Positions 45,235 to 55,844 are shown, numbered from the stretch's first letter. The stretch: 64,000 nt of DNA from an uncultured delta proteobacterium (GCA_963850305.1 CAWKKR010000003.1:32001-96000), one strand, 5' to 3'. Numbers and translations: made by a program. The notes: generated by a model from the letters alone, not told the origin.

Positions 45235-45881
45235 CGGAACTCACGGCTGAATCCCACCTCAGTTTCATGGAAGAGCTGCACGAGCAGCGCTGGGACGATC
45301 ATCGCTACTACCATCGGAGCCGCGTGAACCAGAGCTTGCACCTCTTGAGCGCGTGCTGCTTCCTGACGACCTACGCGCTCATTCCGGTGAACCCGCTCGC
45401 TGCCGCGATCTTCGGATGGGTCATCGCCATGTGGCCGCGACAGATCGGGCACTTCTTCTTCGAACCCAAGGGCTACGACGAGATCAACCACGTTACCTTC
45501 GAGAAGAAGGAGGAGATCAAGGTTGGGTTCAACCTGCGGCGCAAGGTCATCCTGTTCGCGGTCTGGTCGGGCATACCGCTCCTGCTTCGAGTGAGCCCGG
45601 ACGTGGCGCGATTCGTCGAGTCGCTGAGCGGCTATCGTTCGTACCAGCAGCAACTGGGCGTGCTCTGGCTCGCGCTCGCCTTTGCCGGGGTCATGGCCCG
45701 GACGCTCTGGCTCTGCGCGACCCGGAACCTCCAGACGGGGCTCGTCTGGTGCACGAAGATCCTCACCGATCCGTTCCACGACATCACGATGTACTACTCG
45801 GCCCCGCTCCACCTGCTCAGAGGGGAGTGGCTCGATCCGATGGATCACGTCGCAGCGCGGACCGAAGAGCAACCGCACTGA
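45231..45881 (+). CDS. His-rich membrane protein (DUF962/Mpo1-like, tentative)
   Basis: HRYYH..RVNQSLH, QIGHFFFE and TM segments; ATGA-coupled to psd. Confidence 0.6.
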   Translation: MTELTAESHLSFMEELHEQRWDDHRYYHRSRVNQSLHLLSACCFLTTYALIPVNPLAAAIFGWVIAMWPRQIGHFFFEPKGYDEINHVTFEKKEEIKVGFNLRRKVILFAVWSGIPLLLRVSPDVARFVESLSGYRSYQQQLGVLWLALAFAGVMARTLWLCATRNLQTGLVWCTKILTDPFHDITMYYSAPLHLLRGEWLDPMDHVAARTEEQPH

Positions 45882-47457
45882 GCATCTCCCGGAGAACGCG
45901 CCGTTTGATGCCGCGGTTCGTGAGCGCAAGCGGGGCCGACCACCACCCGTCAGCTTGCATGGCGGTGGCGGCGGCAACGAATCGATCGGAGATCTCGCGA
46001 AAGTCATCGTCCGTCAGGTCGTGTGCGAAGATGAGGCGCCCGCTACCAATCCAGCTGAGCGCGAGGCCCTGCGCCCGGAGGTAATATTGAAGCATCCAGT
46101 TGTAACGGCCTGGTTCGATATAGAGAGTCGTCCAGACCGAGGTCATGTTGGCAACACGAACGGGCAGGCCGCGCGATTCCAGTGCCGCGTTGAGTGAACG
46201 CGCCCGCAAATCCCAGCGCGCGTCGAGATCCCCGTAAGTGCCGCGGATCTCCGGCTCTTCGAGCCTCCGCAGAAATTCGTTCATCGTCGCCATGACGACG
46301 GGGTGGGAGTTGAACGTGCCGCGTGCGAAGCAGACGTCGGCGGGGCGATCGTCGCGGAAGCGCCGCATCAACGTACGCCGACCGCAAACCACGCCGACCG
46401 GAAGTCCACCCCCGAGAGTCTTGCCGTACGTCACGAGATCTGCTCGAACACCGAAGTATTCCTGAGTGCCCCCGGGTGCCAGGCGAAAGCCCATGAAGAC
46501 GTCGTCGATGACGAACACGATGCCGCGCGCGGTGCACACGTCACTGAGCTTCCGGAGCCACGCACCGTATGCGGCCTTGTCGTAGCGCGCCGAACGGTCG
46601 CTGCCGATGAGCGTCGAATCGCTCGGGGGCGCGCCGTTCGGGTGCATTGCCTGAATGGGGTTCACGAGCACGCACGCGATATCGTCGCGGGTCGCGAGGA
46701 CGCGCAGCGTAACGTCGTCCATTTCCTTCAGCGTGTAGACCTCGTGCGCGGGGCGCGGATTGCCGACGCCCGCCTGCACGCCGTCCCACCACCCGTGATA
46801 CGCGCCGCAAAAACGTACGACGTGCGAGCGCCCCGTATGGTACCGCGCGAGCCGGACCGCTTGCATGACGGCTTCCGTGCCGGACATGTGGAACGACACT
46901 TCGTCCAGCCCGGAGAGCGACTGGAGTCGCTTCACGTTGTCCGCAACAATCGGATGATAACTGCCGAGCGTGACGCCGAGCATTTTCGCGCGCTCGAACC
47001 CGCGCTCGAGAGTTTGCTTGTAGAACTCCTGCCCAAAGACGTTCACTCCATAGGAGCCGCCGAGGTCGTACGACCATCGGCCGTCGAGATCGCGAACACG
47101 AGGCCCCTCGGATTCCTCGACGAAGAAGCCGACCTTCAGGCGCGACGCAACGTAGCGCTGGTACTGGAACGGTACACGGTACGAATTGACGAATGCCGCG
47201 TCCGAAAGTCCTCCTTGGACTTCGCTGCCGAGCGCGAGGGTCTTCGGCGAGCGCGCCAGCAACTCCGCAGCAAGGCGTTCGAACCCTTGCCGCCGGCGCT
47301 GAGCGACATCCTCCGACGCGCCGTCGGTAGCGAAGAAACTGCCCTCGCCGAACTCGTAGCGCGGAATGAGCTTGGCGACGCGGAGCGACATCTTCGCGTG
47401 ACCGCGCAGGGACGGATGCTTCGCCCTGGAGAGAAGCAAGCGCGCCTTCAACATCAC
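45817..47457 (-). CDS. Class III PLP aminotransferase (GSA-aminomutase-like, extended N-terminus)
   Basis: MSGTEA, GAYHGWWD, DDVFMGFR, TYGKTLGGGLPVG (PLP Lys), GTFNSHP. Confidence 0.88.
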   Translation of the reverse strand: MMLKARLLLSRAKHPSLRGHAKMSLRVAKLIPRYEFGEGSFFATDGASEDVAQRRRQGFERLAAELLARSPKTLALGSEVQGGLSDAAFVNSYRVPFQYQRYVASRLKVGFFVEESEGPRVRDLDGRWSYDLGGSYGVNVFGQEFYKQTLERGFERAKMLGVTLGSYHPIVADNVKRLQSLSGLDEVSFHMSGTEAVMQAVRLARYHTGRSHVVRFCGAYHGWWDGVQAGVGNPRPAHEVYTLKEMDDVTLRVLATRDDIACVLVNPIQAMHPNGAPPSDSTLIGSDRSARYDKAAYGAWLRKLSDVCTARGIVFVIDDVFMGFRLAPGGTQEYFGVRADLVTYGKTLGGGLPVGVVCGRRTLMRRFRDDRPADVCFARGTFNSHPVVMATMNEFLRRLEEPEIRGTYGDLDARWDLRARSLNAALESRGLPVRVANMTSVWTTLYIEPGRYNWMLQYYLRAQGLALSWIGSGRLIFAHDLTDDDFREISDRFVAAATAMQADGWWSAPLALTNRGIKRRVLREMLSAVALRSALRRDPSDRATPL

Positions 47458-50135
47458 GCGACGATTTTAGTCTCATTCGAGCCGGAAGGGTCGTCCTCCG
47501 CGGCAAGAAGAGCAAAGACCCGGGAATGGAGGTCGCTCTGACCCTTCAATTGACGACGGTACTTGTCCGAATCGAAGATGGCAGTGAACGGTTCGTCGAT
47601 GCGCCGCGCTTCGGCAAACTCTCGAGCCTGGCTCCCGAGGCGCATCCGGAGACCGCCGTTCATCAGACTCTCCATGGCGTGGCGAAGCTCATCCACGTCG
47701 TGTCCACCGATCTGGATCCCGGTCACACCGTCCTCCATCAGCTCGGCAGGGCCCCCAATCGACGATACGATGACAGGCAAGCCGGAAGCCTGCGCTTCGA
47801 CCGGTGCGTTCCCCCATGTGTCCGTCGTGCTCGGAAACAGCTTCACGTCCGCGGAAGCATAGGCCCGACACAGGTCCGTCCGCTCCAAAAAGCCCGTGAA
47901 CGTCACGGGCAGCCCGTCGAGCAAGCGCTCGAACTCTGCACGGTACGGGCCATCGCCGACGACGATTAGGTGCGCGTTCGGCTGGGTCTTTCGAAGCTCC
48001 CGGTACGCCTCCGCGAGCAGCTTCAAGTTCTTCTCGACACCGAGGCGGCCGACGTAAATGAACTTCACGAGTTGCTCGGCGTTGTCGAGATTGAAGCGAC
48101 CCCAGAAACCCGCAGTGCGGTTCTTCGGGTGGAACCTATCGACGTCCACCCAGCGGTCGAGGATGAGGAGCTTGCGGTTCCGAAGGCCGCGCTTGTGAAG
48201 GAGGCGCGCGATGAACGCGGACGGTACGAGCACCTCGTCGACCGCATGATAAAAGCCGATCATGTACTTCCACGCGAGCGCTTCCAGGCTGATGTCGCGC
48301 GTGTAGTTCTCCACGTATTCGGGGATGCTCGTGTGATAGGTCGCCGCGGTTTCCATCTGCAGCGCCTTGGCCGCGAACAGGCCGTAGAGCCCGATGACGC
48401 CGGGGGTGCTCAGCTGCATCTTGTTGAAGCCGGATTCCTGCAAGTACCGGAGAAGATCGAGGAAGGGCGGGAACCGGATCTGCAAGCGATCGTATTCCGG
48501 GAAGCCGAGGCGCACGACGGACGGCAGGATCTTCAGACGCCCGCGCTCGATGAAGTCACGGATCTCGGGATCGCGCGTATGCTCGTCCATTTCGTCTTCG
48601 CCGAGGCATGTCACGACGGTGAAGGCATGCTCGTGCCGGATCGCTTCGCGAATCATGCGCTTGATGCTCGCGGCCACGCCGTTGATCTCGAAGAAGGTGT
48701 CGGTGATGAGCACGACCTTACGTTGCTCGGCAAGGCCGAAGGTCTTCCGGACGTCGCGAACGATCAAGCAGTCCGAACTCTGCGCCATGAACGACATGAG
48801 GTACGGGAGCGACACCAGCGCGTTGGAGGTCACGAGCGCGACGACCTCCTTCACGAGACCGACCAGGTTCGCCTCTCCGGCGTCGCGCAGGTTCTCCACA
48901 TACCGAGCGAAGATGCGGTTCAGTAGCGTTCCGACGACCAGAAAGATCCGCTCGTCCGCCTGCGTCGCCGGGTCCAATCGGGACAGCGCGGTGTGGAACT
49001 TCGAGTCAGAGAGCAGACGACACACCTCCGACTCGAACACCTGTTCGAAGGGTACCCCCGTGCGTGAGCGCACGTGGCGAGTGAGCGCGGGATGCGCGAG
49101 CCACCGCTGTAATTGGGCCTTCGCCAGTATCCGCAAACGATCGACGCGGCTCGCGGTATCCGAATCGAAGACCAGCCGGAGGAGCGTGTACACGGAGCCG
49201 CCGATCGGCAGCGACTTCCCTCCGTTCCCCTTCTTCCGTGTGCTGCCGTCGTAGAGCAGTTTCAAGATGGAGTGTGCGAGCGTGATGGGACCGCCGTGCA
49301 AACCCCCCGGCCGCGTCTCACGCCGCCGGATCGCGTCCACGATGTCGTTCGCGGTTGGTGCGGAGGGACCGTGCGGAAAGGTGGTCCAGGTCCTTCCGGG
49401 ATTGATGCCCGAGTGGTCATCCGATCCGCCGACGACGGCCTTCAGCCACGGGGTGTCACCCTTCGGATGGATCCCGTACCTGTTTGCGAGGCGCTCGATG
49501 TGCGTCCGGTCCAGCGTATCGAGCATCGTGCCCGTGAGTTCGTTCAGCGCCCGCGTCCGTGCGCCATTCTGGATCTCGAAGCAATTACAGAGCAGGAGTG
49601 CCTTCTCGATGTGCTGGATGCCGAGCGAGCCCTCTCGCCCGTAGGGGCGGTTTTGCGTGCTCATGAGCGGGTGCGTCATGAAGTACGCAAGCCTATTTCC
49701 GGCTGTGTTCCGACCTTCGGCCGCGATCTCCCCGTCGGCGTAAGCGATCATCTCGTACACGTTCTTGCGGAGACGATGAAGCTCCCCGAACTGCGCCTCG
49801 GTCATGTTCGCCACCGTGACGTGGATGTTGCAGCCATCCTCGGGGAACGTGGTCGTCATCTCGGCGCTGATGAAGACGTCCTCGAGACCCCGATCGAGGA
49901 GCTCACGCACCCCGTCGATGGAGTTGTGATCCGTCAGCGTCACGATGCTCATTCCCCGCTCTTTCAGCAGGCGATACACCTTGATCGGCTCCGAGTACGA
50001 CTCGGGGATCGAGAAGGCGTTCGCCGCGTAGTAGTCGGTGACGTTCGACGCGTACGAGTGAAGGTGGAAGTCGACTCGGCCTCGAAGTGGGATTATTTGG
50101 ATGCTCGCGGGGTACCGCTGGGTAGGAGCATCCAC
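47454..50135 (-). CDS. PHP-domain + GT4 (GT-B) glycosyltransferase fusion
   Basis: DFHLHS, LTDHN, GGSDDH (PHP). TDTFFEINGVA, YHT, YVGRLGVEKN, FPSTTDTWGNAPVEAQASG (GT4). Confidence 0.9.
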   Translation of the reverse strand: MDAPTQRYPASIQIIPLRGRVDFHLHSYASNVTDYYAANAFSIPESYSEPIKVYRLLKERGMSIVTLTDHNSIDGVRELLDRGLEDVFISAEMTTTFPEDGCNIHVTVANMTEAQFGELHRLRKNVYEMIAYADGEIAAEGRNTAGNRLAYFMTHPLMSTQNRPYGREGSLGIQHIEKALLLCNCFEIQNGARTRALNELTGTMLDTLDRTHIERLANRYGIHPKGDTPWLKAVVGGSDDHSGINPGRTWTTFPHGPSAPTANDIVDAIRRRETRPGGLHGGPITLAHSILKLLYDGSTRKKGNGGKSLPIGGSVYTLLRLVFDSDTASRVDRLRILAKAQLQRWLAHPALTRHVRSRTGVPFEQVFESEVCRLLSDSKFHTALSRLDPATQADERIFLVVGTLLNRIFARYVENLRDAGEANLVGLVKEVVALVTSNALVSLPYLMSFMAQSSDCLIVRDVRKTFGLAEQRKVVLITDTFFEINGVAASIKRMIREAIRHEHAFTVVTCLGEDEMDEHTRDPEIRDFIERGRLKILPSVVRLGFPEYDRLQIRFPPFLDLLRYLQESGFNKMQLSTPGVIGLYGLFAAKALQMETAATYHTSIPEYVENYTRDISLEALAWKYMIGFYHAVDEVLVPSAFIARLLHKRGLRNRKLLILDRWVDVDRFHPKNRTAGFWGRFNLDNAEQLVKFIYVGRLGVEKNLKLLAEAYRELRKTQPNAHLIVVGDGPYRAEFERLLDGLPVTFTGFLERTDLCRAYASADVKLFPSTTDTWGNAPVEAQASGLPVIVSSIGGPAELMEDGVTGIQIGGHDVDELRHAMESLMNGGLRMRLGSQAREFAEARRIDEPFTAIFDSDKYRRQLKGQSDLHSRVFALLAAEDDPSGSNETKIVA

Positions 50136-50142
50136 CCCTATT

Positions 50143-50169
50143 GTGACCTCCGGGTGATGAACAAATGAC
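50143..50169 (-). promoter_or_regulatory. Three RTCAY direct repeats at 11-bp period (Pho-box-like)
   Basis: Minus strand GTCAT-ttgttc-ATCAC-ccggag-GTCAC in the divergent intergenic region. Confidence 0.35.
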
Positions 50170-50490
50170 GAGTATGAAAGGACTCCGCACCGAATGAGAA
50201 ACGGGTAGCGGGTCCGGAGAGAGCGGCGAAGTCACACGACACCAGGCGAGGCCTGCGACGACACGCGTGGCCTTGGATGGAGCGCGGGAACCTAGCTGCA
50301 TCGCGCCAGCTCCACCGCGCTCGACGCGAGGACAGCACGGCGCGAACTCGTCGCCACGAGACAGTCTCAGACGTGACGAGGGCCGTGCTTGATCTCCACC
50401 GAATCGTTGCTGAAAGGCCAGATCGTCCGCCTATAGGATGCGAGCCCGATTTCCAAACGCCGCCTCGATTGTTTCCTTCGGAGGTTTCGC

Positions 50491-52266
50491 ATGACCGCTC
50501 GACATTGTGGTTCTCTCATCTCGCTGCTCGCGCTCTCGGTAGGACTCGCGAGTTGTTCGGGCTCGAACGGCAAGGACGGCGCCCCTGGCGCGAAGGGGGA
50601 CACGGGCGACACCGGCGCGCCCGGAGCCAACGGAACCGACGGAACCAACGGCACCAACGGGGCCGATGGCACCAACGGCGCGCCGGGCCCAGCCGGCTCG
50701 GCCGGGCCTGCGGGACCCACCGGGCCCGCGGGATCCACCGGGCCTGCGGGACCCACCGGGCCTGCGGGATCCACCGGGCCTGCGGGACCCGCCGGGCCTG
50801 CGGGGCCCGCCGGACCGCCGGGACCGAAAGGTGACGCGGGTCCGCCCGGACCGAAGGGTGACCCGGGAACGCTCGCCGAGTCCGCCTGGGTCGAGATCGG
50901 AGCAAATAATCAAGCCATCGCGCGGCTTCTCACGCCGTACGGCGTGTGTCCCGCCATCACCGTGGACGGCGTCACCAGCGCCATGACCGTCCGCGCGCCG
51001 GCTGGAGCCGAGCCGATTCGCACGACCAGCACCGATACAACGCTGAGCGCCGCGCAGACCTCGGGCAACTCGAAGGCCTCGATCTTCACGACCACGACCT
51101 GCGAGTTCTTGCTCCCTGCTGGGGCAACCACCGCCACGGTGGCCGGCATCAGCCTGCCGCTTCCGAAGGCGGTCGTGAACCGCGTCGTGATCGTGGGCGA
51201 CACCGGGTGCCGCATCTCGATCGGAAACATCTACCAGAACTGCGCCGATCCAGCGCAGTGGCCCTTCCCCGTGATCGCGGCGGCCGCCGCCGCCCTCAAG
51301 CCCGATCTCGTGCTTCACGTCGGTGACTACGAGTACCGCGACAATCCTTGCCCGCCAGGCAACACGGCCTGCGCCGGCCAGCCCTGGGGCTACGGGTCCG
51401 ATGCCTGGTTCGCCGATTTCTTCGCGCCGGCCGCGCCTTTGCTGGCGGCGGCGCCCTGGGTCATCGTCCGCGGCAATCACGAGGTGTGCAACCGCGCCGG
51501 CCAGGGCTGGTACAGATACCTCGATCCGAATCCGTTCGATGGCAACGATGTCAAGACCTGCGACGATCCGGCCAACGACGCCATCGGCAACTACAACGAT
51601 CCCTGGGCGGTTTCCTTCGGAGATACGCAGTTCATCGTCTTCGACTCCTCGGGTGTGGCGAAGGCCGCCTACTCGCCCCCAGCGTTTCAGCCCTACACGG
51701 ACGAGCTGGCGGAAACAGGCACCCTGGCGGACGCGAACCTGCTGAACATCTTCGCGGTTCACCACCCGATCCTCGGCTACACGGCAGCCAACCCGCCCAC
51801 GGTGGGAAACGCAGGGCTGCAGTCCGTCATGAACGCGGCATACCCCGGCAACTATTATCCCCCGAACATCGATATCGCCATCCATGGCCACGTGCACGAC
51901 TTCCAGGCCTTCGACTTCACCAGCAACCACCCGGCGACCTTCGTCGCCGGGAACGGCGGCGACAACCTGGATTCGGCGCTCCCCGCTGCATTCGACCCCA
52001 ACACCGACCTGCCCGCGCCGGGCACGGTCGTCAATGCGTTTGCTTACTCGCAGGAGTTCGGCTTCATGGTCATGGACCGCGTGGGTGCGGTGGGCACGCA
52101 CAACTGGAAGTTTAGCTCATACCGCACCGACGGTTCGCTCATCGCCGTCTGCAGCATGGCGGCTCCGAGCGCCTGTAGCGGCACCTGTGACACCACCCCC
52201 GGCAGCCGGATCACCTGCACGGACGGCGGCGGCAACGTGGTCGGCGGCTACGACAACATCCCGTAA
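50491..52266 (+). CDS. Lipoprotein with collagen-like stalk and calcineurin-like (purple acid phosphatase-type) metallophosphoesterase
   Basis: Lipobox LASC; about 34 G-X-Y triplets; GDTG, GDYEY, GNHE, HHP, GHVH. Confidence 0.88.
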   Translation: MTARHCGSLISLLALSVGLASCSGSNGKDGAPGAKGDTGDTGAPGANGTDGTNGTNGADGTNGAPGPAGSAGPAGPTGPAGSTGPAGPTGPAGSTGPAGPAGPAGPAGPPGPKGDAGPPGPKGDPGTLAESAWVEIGANNQAIARLLTPYGVCPAITVDGVTSAMTVRAPAGAEPIRTTSTDTTLSAAQTSGNSKASIFTTTTCEFLLPAGATTATVAGISLPLPKAVVNRVVIVGDTGCRISIGNIYQNCADPAQWPFPVIAAAAAALKPDLVLHVGDYEYRDNPCPPGNTACAGQPWGYGSDAWFADFFAPAAPLLAAAPWVIVRGNHEVCNRAGQGWYRYLDPNPFDGNDVKTCDDPANDAIGNYNDPWAVSFGDTQFIVFDSSGVAKAAYSPPAFQPYTDELAETGTLADANLLNIFAVHHPILGYTAANPPTVGNAGLQSVMNAAYPGNYYPPNIDIAIHGHVHDFQAFDFTSNHPATFVAGNGGDNLDSALPAAFDPNTDLPAPGTVVNAFAYSQEFGFMVMDRVGAVGTHNWKFSSYRTDGSLIAVCSMAAPSACSGTCDTTPGSRITCTDGGGNVVGGYDNIP

Positions 52267-52329
52267 GCCAGGCGCAACCTGAAAAACGAATCAGGATCCC
52301 GGCGGCGCCTGGCAACAGGCGCCGCGCTC

Positions 52330-53649
52330 GTGTTGGTGCTCGGCGGGTGGGCTACGGACGGATGCGGGCACAGGGTGCCGCCGCCCACGCCAAAGCCAAC
52401 GATCGCGCAAGCCTTTGCCGCTGCGAAGATCCCGAAGCTGCCGCGCGCGCCGGTGATCCCAGCCCGTCGCACGAATGTCCTCCCCGTGCCCCCCCGCCAA
52501 GGGCCGCCGGACGATCCCGCGCTGGTGGCGCTGGGCAAGACGATCTTCTTCGACGAGCGATTGTCGGAGCCGCCTGGAACGAGCTGCGCGAGCTGCCACG
52601 ATCCTTCGCGCGCTTTTTCCGGAGGCCACGGCTCGCACATCGGCGTTCCTCTGGGGAGCCGTCCCGGGCACTACGCGCGGCGTTCGACGCCGTCCGTGCT
52701 CTACATGCGGTACGTCCCCAGGTTCCACTATTTCGAGGACGACGAGGCTCCGGCGCCGCAGCCGCGCGGCGGTTTCTTCTGGGACGGGCGCGTCGACAGC
52801 GTCGCGGAGTTGGTGCGCCAGCCTCTCTTCAACCCCGACGAAATGAACGCCGGCACTCCCCGTCGTCTGGCCGGCAAGATTGCGCGCGGACCTTACGCCA
52901 AGGAATTCCGCGCCGCGATGGGCGCCTCGCCGGACCCGGAGGCGGTGCTGCGCGGAGTCGGCCGAGCGCTCGAGGCTTACCTGAACAGCGACGAGATGAA
53001 CCCAGCGAGCTCCAAGTACGACGCCTATGTGCGCGGCCAGGCGACCTTGACCGAGCAAGAGCTGCAGGGTCTCGAGATCTTCAAGGACCGACGCCGCGGC
53101 GCCTGTTCCGGTTGCCACCGCCTCGCCGAGACCTCGACCAACCCCGCCGAATCCATGTTCACGGACTACGGGTACGACGCGGTCGCCCTGCCCCGGAACC
53201 GCGAGCTGCCCGGCAACGGCAAGGCCGGGCATTTCGATCTCGGTCTGTGCGAGCGGAAGAACGCGAAGACTCCGTCGAGCGACGAGAAGTGGTGCTCGAA
53301 CTTCCGTACGCCGTCGCTTAGAAACGTCGCGGTTCTCGAAAGCTTCGGGCACAACGGCGTCTACAAGAACCTGCGCGACGTGATCTCCTTCTATGCCCAT
53401 CGCGCGGTCGCGCCGGAGCGCATCTACCCGCCAGGCCAGAAATTCGACGACGTGCCGCTCAAATACCGCGGCAACGTCAACATCTACGCCCCCGTCTACA
53501 ACCGGCTCGAGGGCTCCACCCCGCCGCTTTCCGACGACGACATCGACGCGGTCGTGGCGTTTCTGCGGACCTTGACGGACGCTCCCTACGTCGGCGTCCT
53601 GGCGGACTCGGCGAGCGGCGGCCCGATCGCGCAGGCGCCATCACATTGA
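52330..53649 (+). CDS. Di-haem cytochrome c peroxidase/MauG-family protein (start uncertain)
   Basis: LGKTIFFDERLS, CASCH, FFWDGR, CSGCH, FRTPSLRNV. Confidence 0.9.
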   Translation: MLVLGGWATDGCGHRVPPPTPKPTIAQAFAAAKIPKLPRAPVIPARRTNVLPVPPRQGPPDDPALVALGKTIFFDERLSEPPGTSCASCHDPSRAFSGGHGSHIGVPLGSRPGHYARRSTPSVLYMRYVPRFHYFEDDEAPAPQPRGGFFWDGRVDSVAELVRQPLFNPDEMNAGTPRRLAGKIARGPYAKEFRAAMGASPDPEAVLRGVGRALEAYLNSDEMNPASSKYDAYVRGQATLTEQELQGLEIFKDRRRGACSGCHRLAETSTNPAESMFTDYGYDAVALPRNRELPGNGKAGHFDLGLCERKNAKTPSSDEKWCSNFRTPSLRNVAVLESFGHNGVYKNLRDVISFYAHRAVAPERIYPPGQKFDDVPLKYRGNVNIYAPVYNRLEGSTPPLSDDDIDAVVAFLRTLTDAPYVGVLADSASGGPIAQAPSH

Positions 53650-53659
53650 TGGTCGCCGG

Positions 53660-54766
53660 ATGATGAGGCTCATCGCAAGAGCGCTCCGCGACGCGGGCCT
53701 CCTCGCGCTCGCCGCTGTCAGCATCCTCATGCTTGCGCCCGAGGGCCTCGCCTTCGCCCATCCGGTCGGGGTTTCGAGCGGCGAGTACCGCCTCGTCGGC
53801 AAGGTGCTCTACGGCGACATCGGGATGGCGGGGCGGGAGCTCAGCCGCTGGCTGCCCGCGATCGACACGAACCACGACGGGGCGATCGAGTCCGCGGAGA
53901 TCGACGCGGGTCGCGCGATCGTCGCCCGCGCCCTGATCGACGGCCTGACCGTGCACGCGGACGGCAATGCCTGCCCCGGCTCGCTCGATCGGGCCTGGGC
54001 ACTGGAGGGCGAAAGCGGCGTCGTCTTTCAGGTCCATTACACCTGCCCCGCGGTTCCCGGTCGGCTCACGCTGGCCATGCCGGCGCTCGACGCCCTTGCT
54101 CCGAGACACCGCCACCTGGCGCGCGTCTTTCGCTCCGGCAAGGCCCAGATGAAGGTGCTCGATCGGGCGCACGCCACCTGGACGTTGGACGACGGCAGCG
54201 CGCCCTCGAGTGGCGTCACGCTGGCGGGCTCGATGCTGAAGCTCGGCATCGAGCACATCCTGACCGGCGCGGATCACCTGGTGTTCTTGCTGGGCCTCAT
54301 CCTGGTGGGCGGGACGCTGCGCTCGCTGGTGGGCGTGGTGTCGGCCTTCACGGTCGCCCATTCGATCACGCTCGCACTCTCCGCGCTCTCGATCTTCGCG
54401 CCGAGCCCGCGGCTCGTCGAACCGGCGATCGCACTGTCCATCGCCTACGTCGGCTTCGACAACTTGTTCGTCAAGGATACGACCAAGCGCTGGCGCATCA
54501 CCTTCGCGTTCGGTCTCATCCACGGGTTCGGCTTCGCATCGGCCCTGCGCGAGATCGCGCTGCCGCACGCGCAGCTTGCGATCGCCCTGGTCTCGTTCAA
54601 CCTGGGCGTCGAGGTCGGCCAACTCGCCGTTCTCTCGATCGCCTTGCCCCTCACGCTCGTCGCGATCCGCGCCCCTTGGTTCGGAAGCCGCGGCGTCAAG
54701 ATACTGAGCTCGGCAATCGCCGTCGGCGGCATCGTCCTCTTCATCGCGCGGGTCGTCGCCCGCTGA
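53660..54766 (+). CDS. HupE/UreJ family membrane protein with periplasmic N-terminal domain
   Basis: GIEHILTGADHLVF, FTVAHSITL, FGLIHGFGFA, FNLGVEVGQ; EF-hand-like DTNHDGAIESAE. Confidence 0.88.
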   Translation: MMRLIARALRDAGLLALAAVSILMLAPEGLAFAHPVGVSSGEYRLVGKVLYGDIGMAGRELSRWLPAIDTNHDGAIESAEIDAGRAIVARALIDGLTVHADGNACPGSLDRAWALEGESGVVFQVHYTCPAVPGRLTLAMPALDALAPRHRHLARVFRSGKAQMKVLDRAHATWTLDDGSAPSSGVTLAGSMLKLGIEHILTGADHLVFLLGLILVGGTLRSLVGVVSAFTVAHSITLALSALSIFAPSPRLVEPAIALSIAYVGFDNLFVKDTTKRWRITFAFGLIHGFGFASALREIALPHAQLAIALVSFNLGVEVGQLAVLSIALPLTLVAIRAPWFGSRGVKILSSAIAVGGIVLFIARVVAR

Positions 54767-54856
54767 GCGCAGCCGGGGTTCCCCCTTCGAGTTTTGCCGC
54801 GCTGGTCAGCCGACTCAGTTTGCCGGTCGGAGGCGGCGACTACACGCCGGTCCTCG

Positions 54857-55519
54857 TCACTGACAGGTGCTGTATTCCTTGGCCGTCGACCACGGGCGGC
54901 ACGTGCCGCGGTTGCACTCGCCATTCGTGCGGCAGAACTGAACACTGCCGGTCGAGCAGGCCTTGGAGCACCCGGTTCCCGAGGTGGAACCGCAGCAGAT
55001 GTTGCCGCTGGCGCAATCCGCTGCATCATCGCAGGCGAACGGTACACCGGTCGTGACGCAACCCGGGAACGACGGGAAGCACCCGGTCGGAAACGGTGGG
55101 AACGAGAGAGGTAGCGCGCAGCACACATCCGTGAGACCAGTCGTGATGGTGCACGTCGACGTTCCGCAGGAAATCGCCATCGGCGTGGCCCCGGCGGTGG
55201 CATTGCCCGCATCACGATTGGCGCCGCCGTCCTGACCCCCGCTCGCGGTGCCGACGTCGCCACCGGCGTCGCCAAGCCCGGCCTCTGAACCATCGCCTCC
55301 GCCGGACGAAGAGAGAGTCGCCCCATCGCCGCCACTTCCCTCGTTCGATGCGCCCGAACCGCCTGCCCCGCCGCCACCCGAAATAGACCCGCCTGAACCG
55401 TGTGTCGCGCCGCTCGCACCGCCGCTGTTACCAGCTCCGCCGTAAAGCAACGCACCGTTGCTTCCGCCGCAGCCCGCGAGGCAGATCGAAACGGCCAGGA
55501 GGGTCCAGCGACGAAACAT
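54857..55519 (-). CDS. Gly-rich, Cys-rich lipoprotein
   Basis: Lipobox CLAGC, Gly/Ser linker, CDDAADCASGNICC. Confidence 0.75.
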   Translation of the reverse strand: MFRRWTLLAVSICLAGCGGSNGALLYGGAGNSGGASGATHGSGGSISGGGGAGGSGASNEGSGGDGATLSSSGGGDGSEAGLGDAGGDVGTASGGQDGGANRDAGNATAGATPMAISCGTSTCTITTGLTDVCCALPLSFPPFPTGCFPSFPGCVTTGVPFACDDAADCASGNICCGSTSGTGCSKACSTGSVQFCRTNGECNRGTCRPWSTAKEYSTCQ

Positions 55520-55844
55520 CCCCAAACCTGGAACATAGCATGCGCTTCGGGAAGCGCGCTCGCCACACGGATCGCGCGGCTCCGAGACTGAGCGCGGGCG
55601 CCTTCACGAATGCGTCCACTTCCTCAGGCCGAGCGACACCGACGCGCCGGGCCAAGGTCGTTCCGAGCTCCCCCGGTACGCGCCCAGCCCGAGCACGTGC
55701 TGGCCGCCGTCCTGCGCTGGTGACGACCGCGCGGCAACAGAGACGCCACGTCCGCATCACGAACCCGCGCCGGACGACCGGGTTACCACGCCGATCATGT
55801 TGGATATGGGTGCCCGTACAATTCGATATTGCTACCCTGTAGCG

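Noticed and set aside
45817..47457. Calling the aminotransferase hemL
   Set aside because: Longer N-terminus, divergent motifs and no tetrapyrrole context; only the family is supported.
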